From the NCBI GenBank assembly GCA_016748015.1, contig JAAOMT010000664.1, positions 745,820-809,819 on the forward strand: 64,000 nt of DNA, read 5' to 3'. Position 1 is the first letter of the stretch, and every line of letters begins with the position of its first letter. Positions 45,952 through 61,900 of this stretch are shown one piece after another. Below the pieces are notes generated by a model that did not search any database, was not told where the DNA came from, and worked only from the letters and a program-made list of their open reading frames with translations. The stretch is from Geosiphon pyriformis uo1. Its lineage: Eukaryota > Fungi > Glomeromycota. Both the position numbers and the translations under genes were made by a program.

Positions 45952-48175
45952 ATATAGTGTTTAGAAAAGCTATTACAAATAAACAGTTTTCTTATTTGGT
46001 GTTGGCTGTTCTGCAGCCCATTGTTAGCTATAGAACACAGTTTAGTTTTGTTTTATCTAATGTGTATTACAAATGGGATGTTATGGTTAGAAAAGGCCTC
46101 AAGTCTAAAACATATCTGTCTTATAATTTCTCTAATGAGGCTTTGTATCATCCCTCTTTGTATAATTTGAAGACTTTTGAGCAGGTGCAAGCTAAGAGTA
46201 AAATGACAGCTGTGGTTTCTTTTTTGAATGCTTTTAGCATTCTTGGTTATTTGTTCCTTCATTGATTTCTAGATTTGCAGGTCTTTGAGTAGGCTCTTTT
46301 AAATCCCTTGCAATTTCCTGTTAAGTTGTTTGTTAGCCTGGTAAATAATTTTTTTGTTGGGGTGGTTAGGATTTTCTTAAGTTGTGAGTTGTTTTTGTTA
46401 AACAATCTGCCCAGTGCTTTTCATAGTCCTGGTGATTTTTTTATGTCTGTGATTTTGGGTGGGTTTTTATTCCTTAATTTTGTTTATTTTTTGAAGCATT
46501 TTGGAATTGTGTTTGGTAACAGGCTTCTTGACAAAAAAGGTTTTGTAATAAACTGGGTGACCTTTTATCATTAAAAAAAACTTGATCCTAAAGGCTTTAT
46601 GCCTCATTGGTTCAATGTTGCATTAGGATTTTTGCATAGCAGAGAATTATGGTCATCTGTTACAGTTGAAATTAGTGGTTTTTTAGGCTGTATTATTTTA
46701 GATTCTAAGCAGTTTGCTGATGTGCATAATGGTTTGCTTGAGGTTTGGTCTGGCTTTTTTGATATTTACACAGATAATTCTTTAAGATTTGCTGGTTTTG
46801 CTAATGTTGTTAGTGGAATAGCTACATATTTTTTTGTCTTGGATACTAGTATTGGTGTTAATGTTTATAGTTTTTTGTCTTTTATCATGTCTGAGTTACA
46901 GGCTGTAGTTCTTTTATTAGAATGTGTTCTCTTATCCAGTTTGGTGGTCTTATATCTTAACAGCCAGGCTGCTATTGATATATGTGTAACTGAGGCATCA
47001 CTTGTTGTTCTGGATTTTTGCAATTGTTGCTGGATTGAAAAAAGACATATTTTTAATTTGATCAAAGATAAAGATCTTATTATTAGTTGAGTTAAAGTTA
47101 AGGATCACTTCAGAATATCTGGTAATATAAAAACTGATGCATTGGCTGGTGGGGCTGTTGGCTCTTTTTTTTCATTGCTGGCGAGAGTACAGAAACATTT
47201 TTTAATGACCAAGAACACTGCAATATTGGGCAATATCTGCCATTTTGTTAGGGATATATTCAGATTTATTTGTCATGCTTATTGGGAAGCAGGCCTAGAT
47301 TATAATATGATTCCAAATGCTTTATTAAAGAATTTTGATTGGGTCACTTCTGCGAAGATTTGGCATCTTGATTCCCATATGCTTGTTGGTTTTACTAGCC
47401 AAAAGTCAGTAGGTCTTTGTACATACTTAATGAAGACTGTATATAAAAGACTGTTGGTGGCTGTTAGAAAAAGTTTATATGATAAAAATTATCCTGGTGT
47501 TCTGTATTTGCTGTGTGATAAAATAGAATTGCCAAACCATGTCTTCACTTGTTTTTAGGATGTGTGTGTTTGGAAGAAGATTTTGTTGGAGGGTTTTATA
47601 TACTAAGATTTTCTGGCTGGTGTTTGTGACCTGTCTTTTTCAACTGTTCTAAGAATTCTTAATCTTTGTTTATTAGATATAGGCCTGTATTTGGTAGTAT
47701 ACAAAAGGTTTGTGTTGATGAAGTGGTGCAAAAAGACTATTAGTATTTTTAAGAATAAAAAAAGAGCTTCCTGTGTGGTTATTGAGTTTGTGAGGTTTCT
47801 AGTTGAGTTGCACTAATTAAAAATCTAGCTAGTGAAATCTAAATATAAGGTGAACATGAAAAAAGTCAGTTTAGTTGGTGATGGTGGTTTGGTGTTAGGT
47901 TTGTTATGTGGTATATTATCTATATTGTCGGATGATGTGATTAGAATGTTAGGTATTGCTGAATCTTTTGCTATTTAGTTTTGGTCATTGTAGAATTTGT
48001 TCTTTCTTTTCTGGTTTGGGTGGTAATATCCAAGTTGTTATAAGTGTGTAGTATAGTCTTGTCTGGTTTGAATAACTAGCCACATGTAGAAAATACATAA
48101 GTTACATTTAGTTTGAACCATTTAGTTTGGTTTTATGTACTAGATAGCAGTTGGGTTTCACTCATTAAATGCATA
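45952..48175 (+). mobile_element. LINE 3' part: post-RT, RNase H, CCHC knuckle, 3' tail
   Basis: IYTDNSL..SELQAVVLLLECV..YLNSQAAID..VKVKDH (RNase H); YLLCDKIELPNHVFTC; conserved tail at 48047-48175. Confidence 0.85.
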
Positions 48176-48511
48176 ATTTCTTTTTTTTAATCTTTTTATA
48201 ACAAAATAGCAGCAAAAAAAATTAAAACCATTAATATAAAACTAATATAAAAAAGATTATAATTTAATTATATTTATTAATTGTTTAAATTTTTAACATT
48301 TTTTTATTTTGGTAAAATCTGAAAAAATTCAATTTTTTATTATAAAATATATTAATTTTTTAAAAATAAATAAAATATTTATTAATTTAAAAAGCATTAT
48401 TATAAATTTATAAGTTTTATATTTTATAATGAAAGTTGTTTTTTTTGCTAATAAAATTTATTTTTACTTATTAAAATCTAGTTTTAATTAATAATTACTC
48501 TATTATTATAG

Positions 48512-51500
48512 TAGCCCACATAAATGGCATGGCTTTAGCTGGTGGTGCATTTTCTAAAATCTTTTTTCAATGACCAATCTAGTTTGGAAGATTGCTACAT
48601 GCAATGTTAAAGGTATGATGAATTTAACTAAGCAGGAGAACATCATTCATTGGCATCTGAAATCTGTTAATCTGGTTTCTATTTTTACTGAGACCAAACT
48701 AAAACTTAATACTGGGCCTTGGATTAAGAACAAGTTTGAAAGAGTTCAGATTTTTACTTCTGGCTCAAAAAAAAGCTTTTTTGGTGCAGGTGTGGCTATT
48801 TTAATGTGCTGTTTTCTGGCTCAGCATGTTTCAAGGATTGAAAAGGTTTCTAGTTATGCTATTTCTGTTCATTTATTGTTCAAGAAAGTTATTGATTATG
48901 TTTTTTTAAGTAAGACTCTATTTTCTGCTATCACTGGGCATAAGATTGGCTTTGTGTTTGAATTTTTTGATACCAATCATAAAATAGTTGGGGTCTTAGT
49001 TAGATTGAAAGATTTGGTGGATGCTTGGCTGACTGGTGTTCAAAAACAGACTAATAGAAACCATTGGAAATTCAAATTAAAGGATGTAGATGAGACAAAG
49101 TAGGGGCAATTTAAGGAACTTTCTTCTGCTCTTCTGTCTACATCTTTGGATTCTTTTATGGTCACAAGGAATAATGGAAATCTAAATGGAATGTGAGAAG
49201 TGTTGGAATATGCCATGTGTAATTTAGCTAATAAGACATTTTCTAAGTATTAGTTCAGTGAATTTGATTGTTCAAAAAACAAGCAATCTTCAAAGTTTTT
49301 CAGATTGGAATTGTTGGTTGCTAAGTTGATAAAATGTTTGGGTTTGGGTCTAATGGATGAGTTTGATTGCCTTGTTTAGATTTGGGTGTCTTTTAATAAT
49401 GCTGAGACTTCTAAAATCATTGTTTTATTTTGGAATAGACTTAAATCTGCTAATTTATGTGGTTACTTGTTAAAGGTCAAAAAAAGTTATCGGAAATCCA
49501 AGTTTTATGAAGCTGAGCTCACCAAAAGTAAGTTTATTAAAGATGCTATTAATAAGTAGATGAAGAGCTTCATTTCAGACAAAGGCAGTATAATCAGAAG
49601 TGTTTTGGAATGCCTATTTCACAAAGTTGTTCTGAACCATTTAGTAGTTAATAATGAGATAATTTTGGAGCTTGATGAGATTTAGTCTAAGGTAGATGAG
49701 ATTATAGTGAGTTGAACTTGTAAGTAGCAAGTTCCTTCTTTTGTGCCAGATTTGTGGGCTCGACAGTATGTCTTCTTGGCTTATATGAAAGATGATGCTT
49801 TTTCAAGTGTGATAAATGAGATTGGTTTGGATAAGTTCTCATTGGTAGTTGGTAAATTACTGGATGGCAAAGCAGCTGGCCTTTCTGATATAACAAATAA
49901 ATTGTGGAAATACTGTAATAATAATATGCTGGTTTGTTTTTGGAGTCTGCTCAATTCTTGTTTATTGATTGGTGATGTTCCTAGTCTTTGAAAAAAAACT
50001 TGGGTTTCTATAATCTCCAAGCTCTATAATTGGAATGGAATCCTGACTAATACCAGGTCTATTGCTCTTTTAGAAACTATGAGAAAGATTCTTTTCAAGA
50101 TTCTATCTGATTGGATCTCATTAATTTGCAGCATGTCTGATATTCTCCATGGTAATAATTTCTTTATTTTGAAAAATACCTCAATTCAATCTTCTGTGTT
50201 TGCTGTTAGTTTAGTAGTGGAAGATGCCTTGGAAAAGGGTTGAGAAATCTGGCTGGTTTTGTAGAACATACACAAGGCATATAATTCAGTCAAGTAGCAT
50301 TATCTGAGGTCTAGTTTAAAACACATCAAGATGTGTTGTAAGTTCATAAGATTTTTTGAGAACATTCATAAGAACAGAGTTAATAAAATAATAATAGATT
50401 TTGGTCTTTCGGATGGCTATATAGTTGGTAACAAGTTGGATTAGGGTGAAGTATTTTCACCTCTTCTCTGGAGAATTTTTTATGATCCTTTGTTGTGTAA
50501 AATTAAAAGGCAAGAACAGCTGTGCAGTTATAAGATCAACTCCAAATTTGTGGTAAAAACTGGCAGAATTAAAAATTATAATAACAGGTCTTTTTTTTTG
50601 CAGCTGGTGCCTTTGTTGATGATATGATATAGGTAAGCAATAGTTAAGTTTCAACACAGTATATTTTGAATATTGCTAGTGAGTTTTATGAGCTTAATAA
50701 TATTTTGATTAACAATAACAAGACAGTTGTAATTCCTATTAACTAGAGAGTTCTAGAAGCTACTTTGTGTATTAGTGATTGACCTATCTATATGGCAAAA
50801 AAGGGTGAGACTTATAGATATCTGAGTATCTTTTTGTCCATGAAGGGCTTATTCAATTCAAGTTTTGCTAAGGCTTATGCAGATGTCAAATTTTTTTCAA
50901 ATATAGTTTTCAGGAAAGCCATATTAGACAAGCAGTTCTTTTATTTGGTTGTGGCAGTCCTTTAGCCTATTGTCAGTTATTATATGCAGTTCAGTTTCAT
51001 TTTCAGAAGTGTGTGTCGGAAATAGGATGTTTTGTTAAGAAAGAGGCTTAAGTTTAAAACATTATTGCCTAGAGATTTTTCCAATAAAGCCTTGTGTTAT
51101 TCTTCTTTTTATAATTTAAAATTTTTCAAGCAAGTACAAGCTGAGACTAAGATCATGTTGGTTATTGGGTTCTCTAATGCTTTTGGAATTCTTGGCTGTC
51201 TGTTTGTATATCATGCTTTGGACTTACAGATATTAGGATGGGTGTTATCCAATTTTTTGCATTGTCCAGTCAAATTGAAAGTCAATTCATTGAACAATTT
51301 TTTGGCAGGAATTGTGAGAATTTTTTTGGATGTGAATGTGTCTTTAGCCAATGACATACCTTGTGTATTTCATGGTTTTTGTTGCTATTCAATGTCTAAG
51401 ATCTTGGAAACTGCTTTTTATTTTAATGTGATACCTTCTTTAAAGTGTTTTGGCATTGTCTTTGGTAATTGTTTGGTTACAAAACGTGGTATTGTCATGA

Positions 51501-52928
51501 ATTGAAAACTTTTCATTGTTGGAAAGGATTAAGTCCTAAAGATCCAATACCAGTTTGGTTTAGTAAGGCCTTGGTATATATGAATAATTATCTGATAGAA
51601 CCTGAAGACTGTTTAATTATTTTAGCTGGTTCTAGTTTTTTTTGTTCAAATGAGTTTGTAGAGGTTTGTGAAAGCTTGTATGGGATTTGGACTGGGAAAT
51701 TAAATGTCTTTACTGATGGCTCTTTGTGTAATCTGAGTATAAAGGAGGTGGTTTGTGGTGCAGTGGCTTATTTTTTTGAGATTGATATGGGTATAGATGT
51801 TAGCATACAGAGTGTGTTATCTTCTACATTGGCAGAATTGCAGGCAATTGCCTTAGCTTTGGAGTGTGTTTTCTCATATTGTTTAGTTATCTTACACACA
51901 GATAGCCAGGCAGCTTTGGCTGTGTGTCTATCAGAGTGTAAGCTGAGTTGGCCTAATGTTCGGAATCAGTGTTGAGTGGAATAGTGTTATATAGTTAATT
52001 TGATCAAATCAAAAGACATTTCAGTGAGATGAGTGAAAGTAAAGAGACATTCAGATGTTATTGGTAATAATCATGCAGATGCTCTGGCTCATGCTGCGTT
52101 GCATTTATGTTTGACTCTTCCAGTTGAAATAGATAAAAGGTTTCTTATGGCTGATGGCCTTGCTGTTTCATATAATGCTCACCATTTTATTCACAATATT
52201 TACCATACTATGAGTCGGGCTTTATGGAAGACAGGCTTTAGTGTGAGTGTTGTTAACAGTTCAATAATTCAGTCTATTGATTAAGAGTGCACTGTCTCTG
52301 TCTGGCATCCAGATTCTCATATATTGACAGGTTTTACTAGTAAAAAGTTGGCTGCTCTGCATACTTATTTGATAAAAGCTGTTTACAAGAAATTGCCAGT
52401 GGTTGTTTACAAGAGATTGTACAATCATGAATATCTTAATGTTTTGTGTTTGTTGTGTGATGAAGTAGAGTTTTCTGACCATGTTTTACTTGCTCTGTGA
52501 ATGTTTTGGTGCATTCTGAGATTATTTCCAGTTATATTGGTTTGTGATCATCTTTGGCAGATAATGACATTTCAGCTTTATCTCTAATATTGCAGACTCT
52601 TTTCCAGGTCTTTGACACTGGTGTGTATGCAGTATTATGCAAAGATTTTGTTTTCAGAGATTGAGTCAAGGAGGCCATTTCCATTTTTAATAACAAAAAG
52701 AAAGCTGTATTAATAGAGATGAATTTTGTTTGCCATCTGGCTAAGGACCATTAAAGTAGATCATGATTGCTGAGAGCTAAATTTAGGGTGGAAATAGAGG
52801 AGCATGGCTTGGTTTGTAATATGAGTGGGGTTTTTGCTCCTTTGCATAGGTTGCTTAGCTAACTGTTTGAGGGTGTAGTTCACTTGTTTGGTGTTGTTGA
52901 GTCTTTTGCTATTAGTTTTAATCTGTGG
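48512..52928 (+). mobile_element. LINE: ORF1 end plus ORF2 (APE, RT, RNase H, CCHC), disrupted; interrupted at 52929 by an LTR element
   Basis: WKIATCNVKG..IFTETKL (APE); GKAAGLSDI, RSIALLET.RKI, GEVFSPLLWRIFYDPLL, AFVDD (RT); VFTDGS..AELQAIALAL..HTDSQ..GNNHADALA (RNase H); CLLCDEVEFSDHVFTC. Confidence 0.9.
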
Positions 52929-55900
52929 TGTTATTCATAAAAAAGAAAACAGATATAGAAAATAGTAGACCAATAGAAGAGTAGTAGTTAGCATGTGAGC
53001 ATATTGCTTAGCAATGTAAGCATTGCTCAAAAAATCATAGCATATCATTCAGAAATGTAAGTAATCTTGTAGAACATAAATTATGTATATATAGCAGTAG
53101 TATTAAAAAAAAAGACAGACTTCTTAGTTTAGATTTAATCTAAACAATCTTCTACATCAAAAATATCAATAAATAATTATTTAATATCTCCAATCCACTT
53201 TCCACTATCAACACTTCATGTTGATAATAATTGATACTTAATCACACTGGAACAATAGCTCTTGATTACAGCTATTGATAGAATACTAATTTGTAATCTC
53301 TTTGGCTTAATTTTATTATCTTTTCTTTATTTTTTTTATTTTTTTATTTTATTGTGTTTACTAATTGATTAAGCACTGAATTATTGATGTCAAGGATAGC
53401 CTGGTAAAAGACCCCAAAGGAAGAGTATAAGAATTGAGAATTTAAAGATAGCTTACCAGAAGGGCATCTCTGCCAAGATTACTAGCCACCACACTAAGAA
53501 AAAAATTTGACAGAATTGCAATTCTAGAAGGCTACTGAGAAAACAACTATTGAATCTCTGTCTATTATACAAAGAATTCTAATTCAAAACCTTCAAATAC
53601 AATTAACATACTGATACTACCAATATTAGCAAGCTATTGAGCACCAAGTTACAGATTTGTTATTTGATTTAAGACCTCAAATAATCACTTGTAACATTTG
53701 GTGCTCTCTGTGAGGTATAATTTTACAGAGAACCAGCACCAACACACAACAATCCAAAAATGGCAAAACCAGAAAGAATAAGGACAAACCATTTAGGATT
53801 TGCCAAATCCTTGTTTTAACACTATTGTTAACACTTAGGATTAACTAACAATCACCTATCAGCAGAATCAGCTTTCAATTTCTACATCAATGAGAGAATT
53901 TCATATTTGCTAAAAGTATCAATAGAAACTAATTCAGCCAGAGAAAATTTCTACAACAAATTAATCCAAAACACCAGTCTACCAACAAATTATAATTTCA
54001 CAGCAATCTTCACTGAAATTAATAAAGAAATTGAAATTCACACTCAACAAAGATACCCAATTACCTATGCAAATAAAGGCAAAGGAAAACTCCAAACATT
54101 AGCAGTAATATCACAAAGAATACAACCACCTACTTGGAAGAAAACAAGAGTAGAATCACCAACCAATTCATTATACTATTATATACCTGGAAGTGCTATT
54201 AACATCTTATCAACAGGCATGTCCACATCCCATACGACATCAACATTTAGATAACTCTCATTTCAAAGTAAACAAAAAAAAGCAGAATTACTAAGAACTT
54301 ATGGCAATTACTTTGAAGAATTTAAATTGCAATCTCCAACACCATTAGGATTTTTATCACCACCACTTTCACCAGATTTTGGAATTGCAAGTTCTTGGGA
54401 GATAATAGAATCAGAAAAAGAAGAAGACGACAATCAAGAATTTAATTACCAAAACTTGATTGTTGAAAATCTGAAAATTAAAACCCCAAATCTCCAAACT
54501 TCTCAAAATCAGAACAATTCAAACCCTAACATTAATAATCAACAATACTTATTTCCAGTGATCATCATCAACCCATCACCAGCTGCCATACAACAACAGC
54601 CACTGTTACAACCTCAAATTTAGTTACTATTTTAACACTAACAACAACTAAACTTGGATCTAATGACTTATATCCCAATAGCAAAACTCAAAAAATTTAT
54701 GGAAGAAGAAGACAATGCCCAAATATGGCTCAATGACATTGAAAAAACCATCATGGCCAATGGATGGAATGATGTGAGAGCACTACAAACCATTTCATAT
54801 TTTCTCCAGAATACCACCAATTCTTGGTATCAAAGCTTGGCTAATAAATCCCAAGATTTCAATACATTTAAGCTTGCATTCCTACAATATTTCAGCAATA
54901 ATAATAGCATTAACCAATTGGCCAACACTTTTATTACCATTAAGCAAGGAGAAAATAAAGCAGTTACCACTTACTTAAGATGCATCCACAGAAATCTGTG
55001 CCAAATTCAGACAATACAGACTGATTATTTTACAGCATCACAAATCCTAAACCAATTCATTAGAAGTCTGTCCAGTAGCATTTTCCAATGTGTATGTCTA
55101 ATGCATTCAACAGACCTTCAAGCCACAATTACAAATGCCAGAGATTTTGAAACAACTGAACTCAAAGCCAACCATGCCCAAGCCATAAATCTAGTGATGA
55201 ACAGATCATCTGACTTGAATTCCAAATTAAAGCAATTCAGTAAATCAATTAATCAGAAATTAGAAGGATACTTAGTTAATACCAATAAAGCCATTTATTA
55301 ATCTCAACAATCAGAAAAACAGAAATTGCTTCCAAATTTAGCTGTGTCCAACATCATTCTTGACCAATCAACAGTGGCAACAGGAAATATGTGTATGCCA
55401 TTATTGTGATAAACAAGGACATTTGCAATTTGAATGTTGCAAAAAAATAAGTAACCTAAGATCAGTTAATTAGTATCAAAACTCTGATCACCAACTACAA
55501 ACTTAGAATTATGTTAATAATCAATTACCAAAACAATACTAATCTCAATTACATTACTCTCTAGTGATACAGCTGATTTATCAAACCTTAATGACACAGC
55601 AATTATATTCACCTCCAGTATATTACCAACAGCATTTATAATCTATCAACCACTGTAGTCACAAGTAATGTATCAAACACCAGCAATCTCAACTCTAAAC
55701 TTAGCTCAGATAACATCAGAAAATTCCAGATTCAAAGTTATTCAAAACTGGAGATCAGCAATGGTTGTTTACCAACCAATCTCCAGCTCTTCAAACCAGC
55801 CATCAAAATCACACTAGTGGAATTCAGAAACTGAGTATACCCAAAACCCAAGTTTTCAGAACTATTTAAGTCTTTTAGTAACCCCAAAAGACACTTCATT

Positions 55901-58900
55901 CAACAACATGAAACTCAACCAAAAACAACCACTTATCAGCAACATACCTTTAGCCACTATTACCAATGACAAATTACTTACAGTTATTTTTCCATTCGAA
56001 TTTGAGGAACTGATATCTATGTTCTTATTCAGTAGAGCCATACTTAAAAAAAAACCAATTACCACCATGTACACTGATGCCAAAGTTGATGGCCATTCTA
56101 TTAAGCTTATTCTTAATAATGGGTCAGTAGACAGCATTATTATATGACAACTTATGAACCAATTAAGTCATTGGGTTGATCATGCTGCCAGTGCCAAAAT
56201 CATAACTGCTGATAGAGCAACCAAAACTCTAATTGGTGAAATAGATAACCTCCTATTTAAAATCAATAGTCTCATAATATCAATCAAAGTATTAGTAATA
56301 GAAGCAACTTAGTACCAAGCTCTTATTGAGAATGACTGGCTGTACAAAACCAATGCTGTGCTCAATTAGAACACCTAAGAACTGCAGCTCAGCCAGAATG
56401 GCCACTACACATGCATGTCAACCATTTATGGTCACTTCAAGACCACTATCAATGACAAGCCACTTATTGAACTAGAAGAAGAAGAAAAAAAATTTATCTG
56501 AGAAGTATACCAAGTTTCCTGGGTCGACACCAAACACAATGAACTACCACCAGTACTTTCCTGGAATAACAAAGAAAAAAGAAAAAAAGAAGACACACCA
56601 GAAGAAAATGCTACTACAGAAAAAATAACTAGTGGCTGGGAAAAGAAATACTCATGTAAGCCCATAAAAGAGCTGTCATATATACTCCTTAAATACAAAG
56701 ACTGTAAAAAGAAACTTTCTTTTATGAAAGCTTGAATAGCCTTTAACAAAAACTACTGAACCAAAACTCACTATTACTGCAAGCCATGTCATAGAGAATG
56801 TTATAGTTACCCAAAAAAACAGAGAAAGTGGAACAATAAATCATGTTTTGCTTGTAGTAAATAGTTACTCAATAAAGGAATGTGGAATGACATTTCTGGT
56901 TGAAGAGGAACGTGTGACACTTTGTGCCAGTACACAATCCTTATAAGTAACTGGGTCAATTGTAGCACTCCCATTATTGCAGTCTAGCACTAAGCAATAA
57001 CTTACTTGGATGGCTATCCACATGATGAAAACAAAATTTGGAGAATAGTGAATGCCAAAGTCAAAGAAGTTACACTCAGCAAAATCCTAAAAATTAAGAA
57101 TAATCCTCCAGAACCAGTTGACATTGTTCTCATTTCAAACTCAAATGCTTTTTTCGATATAGAGACAGGCCCAGAGGAGTTTTATGAGCACTACCAAAAT
57201 TTGGCAGCAACAAAAGAAGAGCAAAAACAGCATTTGGAAGAAATAAATATCTGATTATGTAATTACTGTTTGATTCTATGTGACTTTTAGTACTGTAATA
57301 AGTGTGACCTTATTTACAATCCACCACCATGCATAATCTACACAATTCTGAAAAAAGAAGAACCAATTAGCAGCTGCACATCAGAATTAGAATTAGCTTT
57401 CAATCTTGATTCAAACTCCAACAACAATAACAACAAAAACAGCAGTTTCAGTTTCACTCAAAATAGCAACAAAAATACCAATAATCCAGACTCCAATTCA
57501 AACCCCAAAATATATATTGTGCTTTTTGATCTCTCCAAGAAACAGGAACTTAAATAGTACAGTAACAACAATAAAGGTATTATGCCAGAATATATACATA
57601 ATACTGATGTAGAATTTGATCTAAGATATTCAGAAAAAGATGCTCTCAAATTGGAACCACATTTGTGCACTTGCATTGATCTGAAAATAATACTGGAAAT
57701 TCCAGCAACAACAATGATTTAATTAACATCTAGGAATAGTCTAGCAAAAAAGAAAATTAACATCAAAGAAGGAATAATTGATGTAGAATATGTAGGAAAT
57801 ATTATTGTAATGCTACAAAATAACTCAAAAAAAGCCTATAGAACCAAATAAAAAAATAGCACAGACAATATTCCTGTCTTTGGTTAAAATAACCTAATTA
57901 GTATTAGTAAGAAACAGAAAAGAATTAAGAATTACAGCAAGAGGAATACAGAGATTTGGATCCACAAATAAAATAGATATATCAGTCAATATGGCAAAAA
58001 AAGAGATTATTGACAAGAAAAAAATTGTCTCCACTTGTCAACCAATTTCTATTCCACCATATGACCAGTACATGTTAGCTATAAAGAGAAAAGTGAAGGA
58101 TCAGGTACAGATTTTTGAAGGAGAAGCAACATTTTGTAAATCAGAAAAAATTGGATTAGTCAATTTACACATACTAGTCAAAAATCACAGACATATTAAA
58201 ATTCCCATCTACAATTATACAGAAAACATTATTAAGATACCAGAAAGAACTATTATTGGCTATTTAACTACTGAAATTGAAGACCAACTACCAAACACCA
58301 TTCCAGACTTTCCACAACTATGTGGATATGTGGATATTACATCACAAACAATATATAGGCAAGAGGAATGTTATCTGTTCTAACCAAAACAATTGGAACA
58401 GATGAACTTGGGAAACTTAGACTCACTTCAATGAATGCAACTCAAGATATTACTCAACAATTTCAATAACATCTTTGCCAACAAAAATAAATTTGGCAGA
58501 ACAGACATAATTTAACACCAGATCAAAACTGGAGATACAATGCCAATCAAACAAAGAGCATACAGAGTACTACCAGCCAGCCATGAAATCATTTGTCAAA
58601 AAATCAATCGGATGCTTGACAATAAGCTAATTCAGCCATTAATGAGCCTATAGTCATCACTAGTAATACTAATCTATAAGAAAAATAGAAAAATCCACTT
58701 TTGTGTGGACTACTAGAAACTGAATAGAGTAACAAAAGAAAATAGTTACTTGACTTCAAAGATCCAAAAACTGTTTAACACATTTGGAGGAAAAAAATGG
58801 TTCTCAACTTTGGACTTAGACAGCAATTACTGGCAAGTAGCCATAAAACCAGAAGATAAAAAGAAGACAGCTTTTATGACTCAAGAAAAAAATTTTGAAT

Positions 58901-61900
58901 TTAAAGTGATGTCATTTGGTTTGATAAATGCTTCCGCCATATTTCAATAACTTATGGAAATTGTTTATACTGAACTACTGTGAAAATCAGTAGTTGTTTA
59001 CTTAGATAACACTAATGTGTTCTTTAAGATATTTGATGACCATCTATATCATCTTCAACAAGTGTTTAAAAAGTTGAAAAAAACAGGATTGAAATTAAAT
59101 GCAACCAAGTGCTTTTTCAACAAGACAGAGTTGAAATTCTTGGGATATGTCATAAGCAAAGATGACATTAAAACAGATTTGGATAAAATTGCAATAGTAA
59201 AAAACTTTTTAGTACCAACCAATTTGATAGAACTGAGAGCATTTTTGGGATTCACAGGCTATTATTGCTGCTTTATCAAGAACTTTTCTAAACTGGCTTA
59301 GCCACTTTACCAGCTACAAACCAAGAATGTAAAATACAAATAAACAGAAGCTCAACAAAAAGCTTTCAACATATTAAGAAGAAAGTTTATTCAAGCTCTA
59401 ATGTTGATGTATTCAGATCACAGCAAACTATTCATCATTATTACCGATCCATTAAGTTAAGCATTGGGAGCAGTATTATCACAAAAAATACCAGATAAAA
59501 GAGAACATCCAATAGTTTATGCCAGCAGAAGCTTAAATCCAGCTAAAAAGAACTATGGAACTCCAGCACTAGAACACTTAGCTATTTATTGGGCTGTTAT
59601 CAAATGAAAAAAATACTTGAATCAAAAGTTTAAGGTGTACACTGATCACAAAAGATTGATTTTAATTCAGAAGCAAGAATTCAAAGATGATTACCATACC
59701 AGATGGAAAATAGAACTTTCATCATTTAATTATACAGTACATTACAAAAAAAGAAAAGAAAATAGAAATGTTAACAGTTTGTCAAGAATAAGACATATTT
59801 AAAAACATTTCAACCCAAAAATATAACAAAAAATGAATATACAAAAATACCAACAACTCTAACATTAAATAAATATCCAATTGTTTAAGGAGAAATTATC
59901 TCAAAAGGAACAAAACAACATAAAACAACAATCAAAATATTTTATCAACTATCAAAATATACTTTACTAGAAAAACAAAAAAAATCCAGATCAACTAACT
60001 AAAGTAATTACAGAACCAGAAAAAGAGACAATATTGTTTAACAGCACTCAAATCCAACAGCAGAACATTTTCACAAAGAAGCAATCATAGAAAAAACCAG
60101 AAAAAAATACTATTAGCCATTAATGTATCCAGATATTATCCAATATGTTCAAAATTATGACACTTATTAGAGAAAAAGAAGAACAAAACTCAGTGAACCA
60201 TTGAAACCAATCAAAGTGGAACAACTATTTGATTGCATTGGAATTAACTTAGTCAGACCATTAACAATTACTAGCAGAAGCAACAGATATATTGTAGTAG
60301 CCATGAATTATTTCACTAAATGGCTAGAAGCAAAAGCCATTCAAAGAGCAGATGCAGAATCCATTGCCAAATTCATTTATTAAGATCTGATTTGTTGACA
60401 TGGATGTCCAAAAGAACTATTATCAGATCAAAAAACTTACTTTGTAAATAGAACATTAGCAGAACTAAGTTAAAGATTTGGAATCAAAAGACCATTATTA
60501 TTACCATACCATTCACAAACAAATGGGTTAGTTGAAAGATTCAACAGAACATTGTGTGAAGCAATAGCCAAAATCAGCCAAGAAAACCAGGATAAATAAA
60601 ATTTATTCATACCATCAGTATTATTTGTTTATTAGACAATGAAACAAAACACTATACAAGCAACACCATTTAAATTAGTATATGGTAGAACAGCAACATT
60701 ACCAATTGAGATAGAAGTCAACACTTATTTAACAGAACCAATAACCAAAAACAATTTTCAGAAAATGTTGCTAAGAAAAACATATGACTTAATGGAAACT
60801 CTAAAAAACAAATGGTGAAGAGCAACTAATAACATCCAAAAGTCACAAAAAAAACAAAAAAAAAGACATAATAACCAACTACCAGATAAATTAGTTGAAT
60901 TCAAGATTGAAAACAAAGTACTTCTATATTATACCAAAGCAGAAAAACAATAGAGTGGAAAATTTGACCCCAAATGGAATGAACCATTTCACATAAAAAA
61001 AATTCTGGAAAATGGAGCTTATAAATTAAAATAGGACAACAAAATCTTAGCCAAAGCAGCACATAGTAATTGACTGAAATCATATCACCAGATAGTATTA
61101 TCATCCACCAATAACATTCCACAACTGGGAGTACAGAAAATACTAGTTCAACCAGATGAGATTCCATGAGATCTGAAACCAATTATAGTTATTAAATCAA
61201 ACATGTTAAATTGAATAACCAAAAGAATATAAAGACATGATATACACAACAAAAGCAACAAAGAAAAATAGAAATACCAGACCATATTTACACTTTAGCT
61301 CAACAATTGTTTCTGGCATTAAGTTAATAGCAAGCAAACATAGAAATTATCATCAACAACCAAACAATCTATTATTAAAACACCAAACAAAAAAAAAAAG
61401 TACACCATACTAGCAACCACAGAAACAATCAATAAACTGGTCAAATAAAATAGTAGAGAAAGTAAAAAACACCTTTGGAAAAATAACTATCATTGTTTCA
61501 ACAGAAAAACTAACAAAAAAAAATTGGAACCAATGAATAGACAAACTTCCAATACCATACTGCTATTATCAATTGGAACAAAAAGTAAATATTCAGAAGT
61601 TATATCTTGACAAATCAAAGAGAATCTTCAATCAAGAAATAATCTGGAACATTGAAGACATTATTGGAAAGAAAACAAACTTAACACTACACATCAGGAC
61701 CATTTATTGACTACACACTATATTTCAAAACTATTCAGAAGTATTATTACACTTTGACATAGAAACAATAATTATCAACCAATAGGAAAGAATAAACAAT
61801 TCACAATTTGAAGAAATAATGAGTAGGGTAAAACAAACACTACTTGAAAAAGAAGTATTTGACATAATTCAAAATGAGAATTTCAATGGAGCTTAATATT

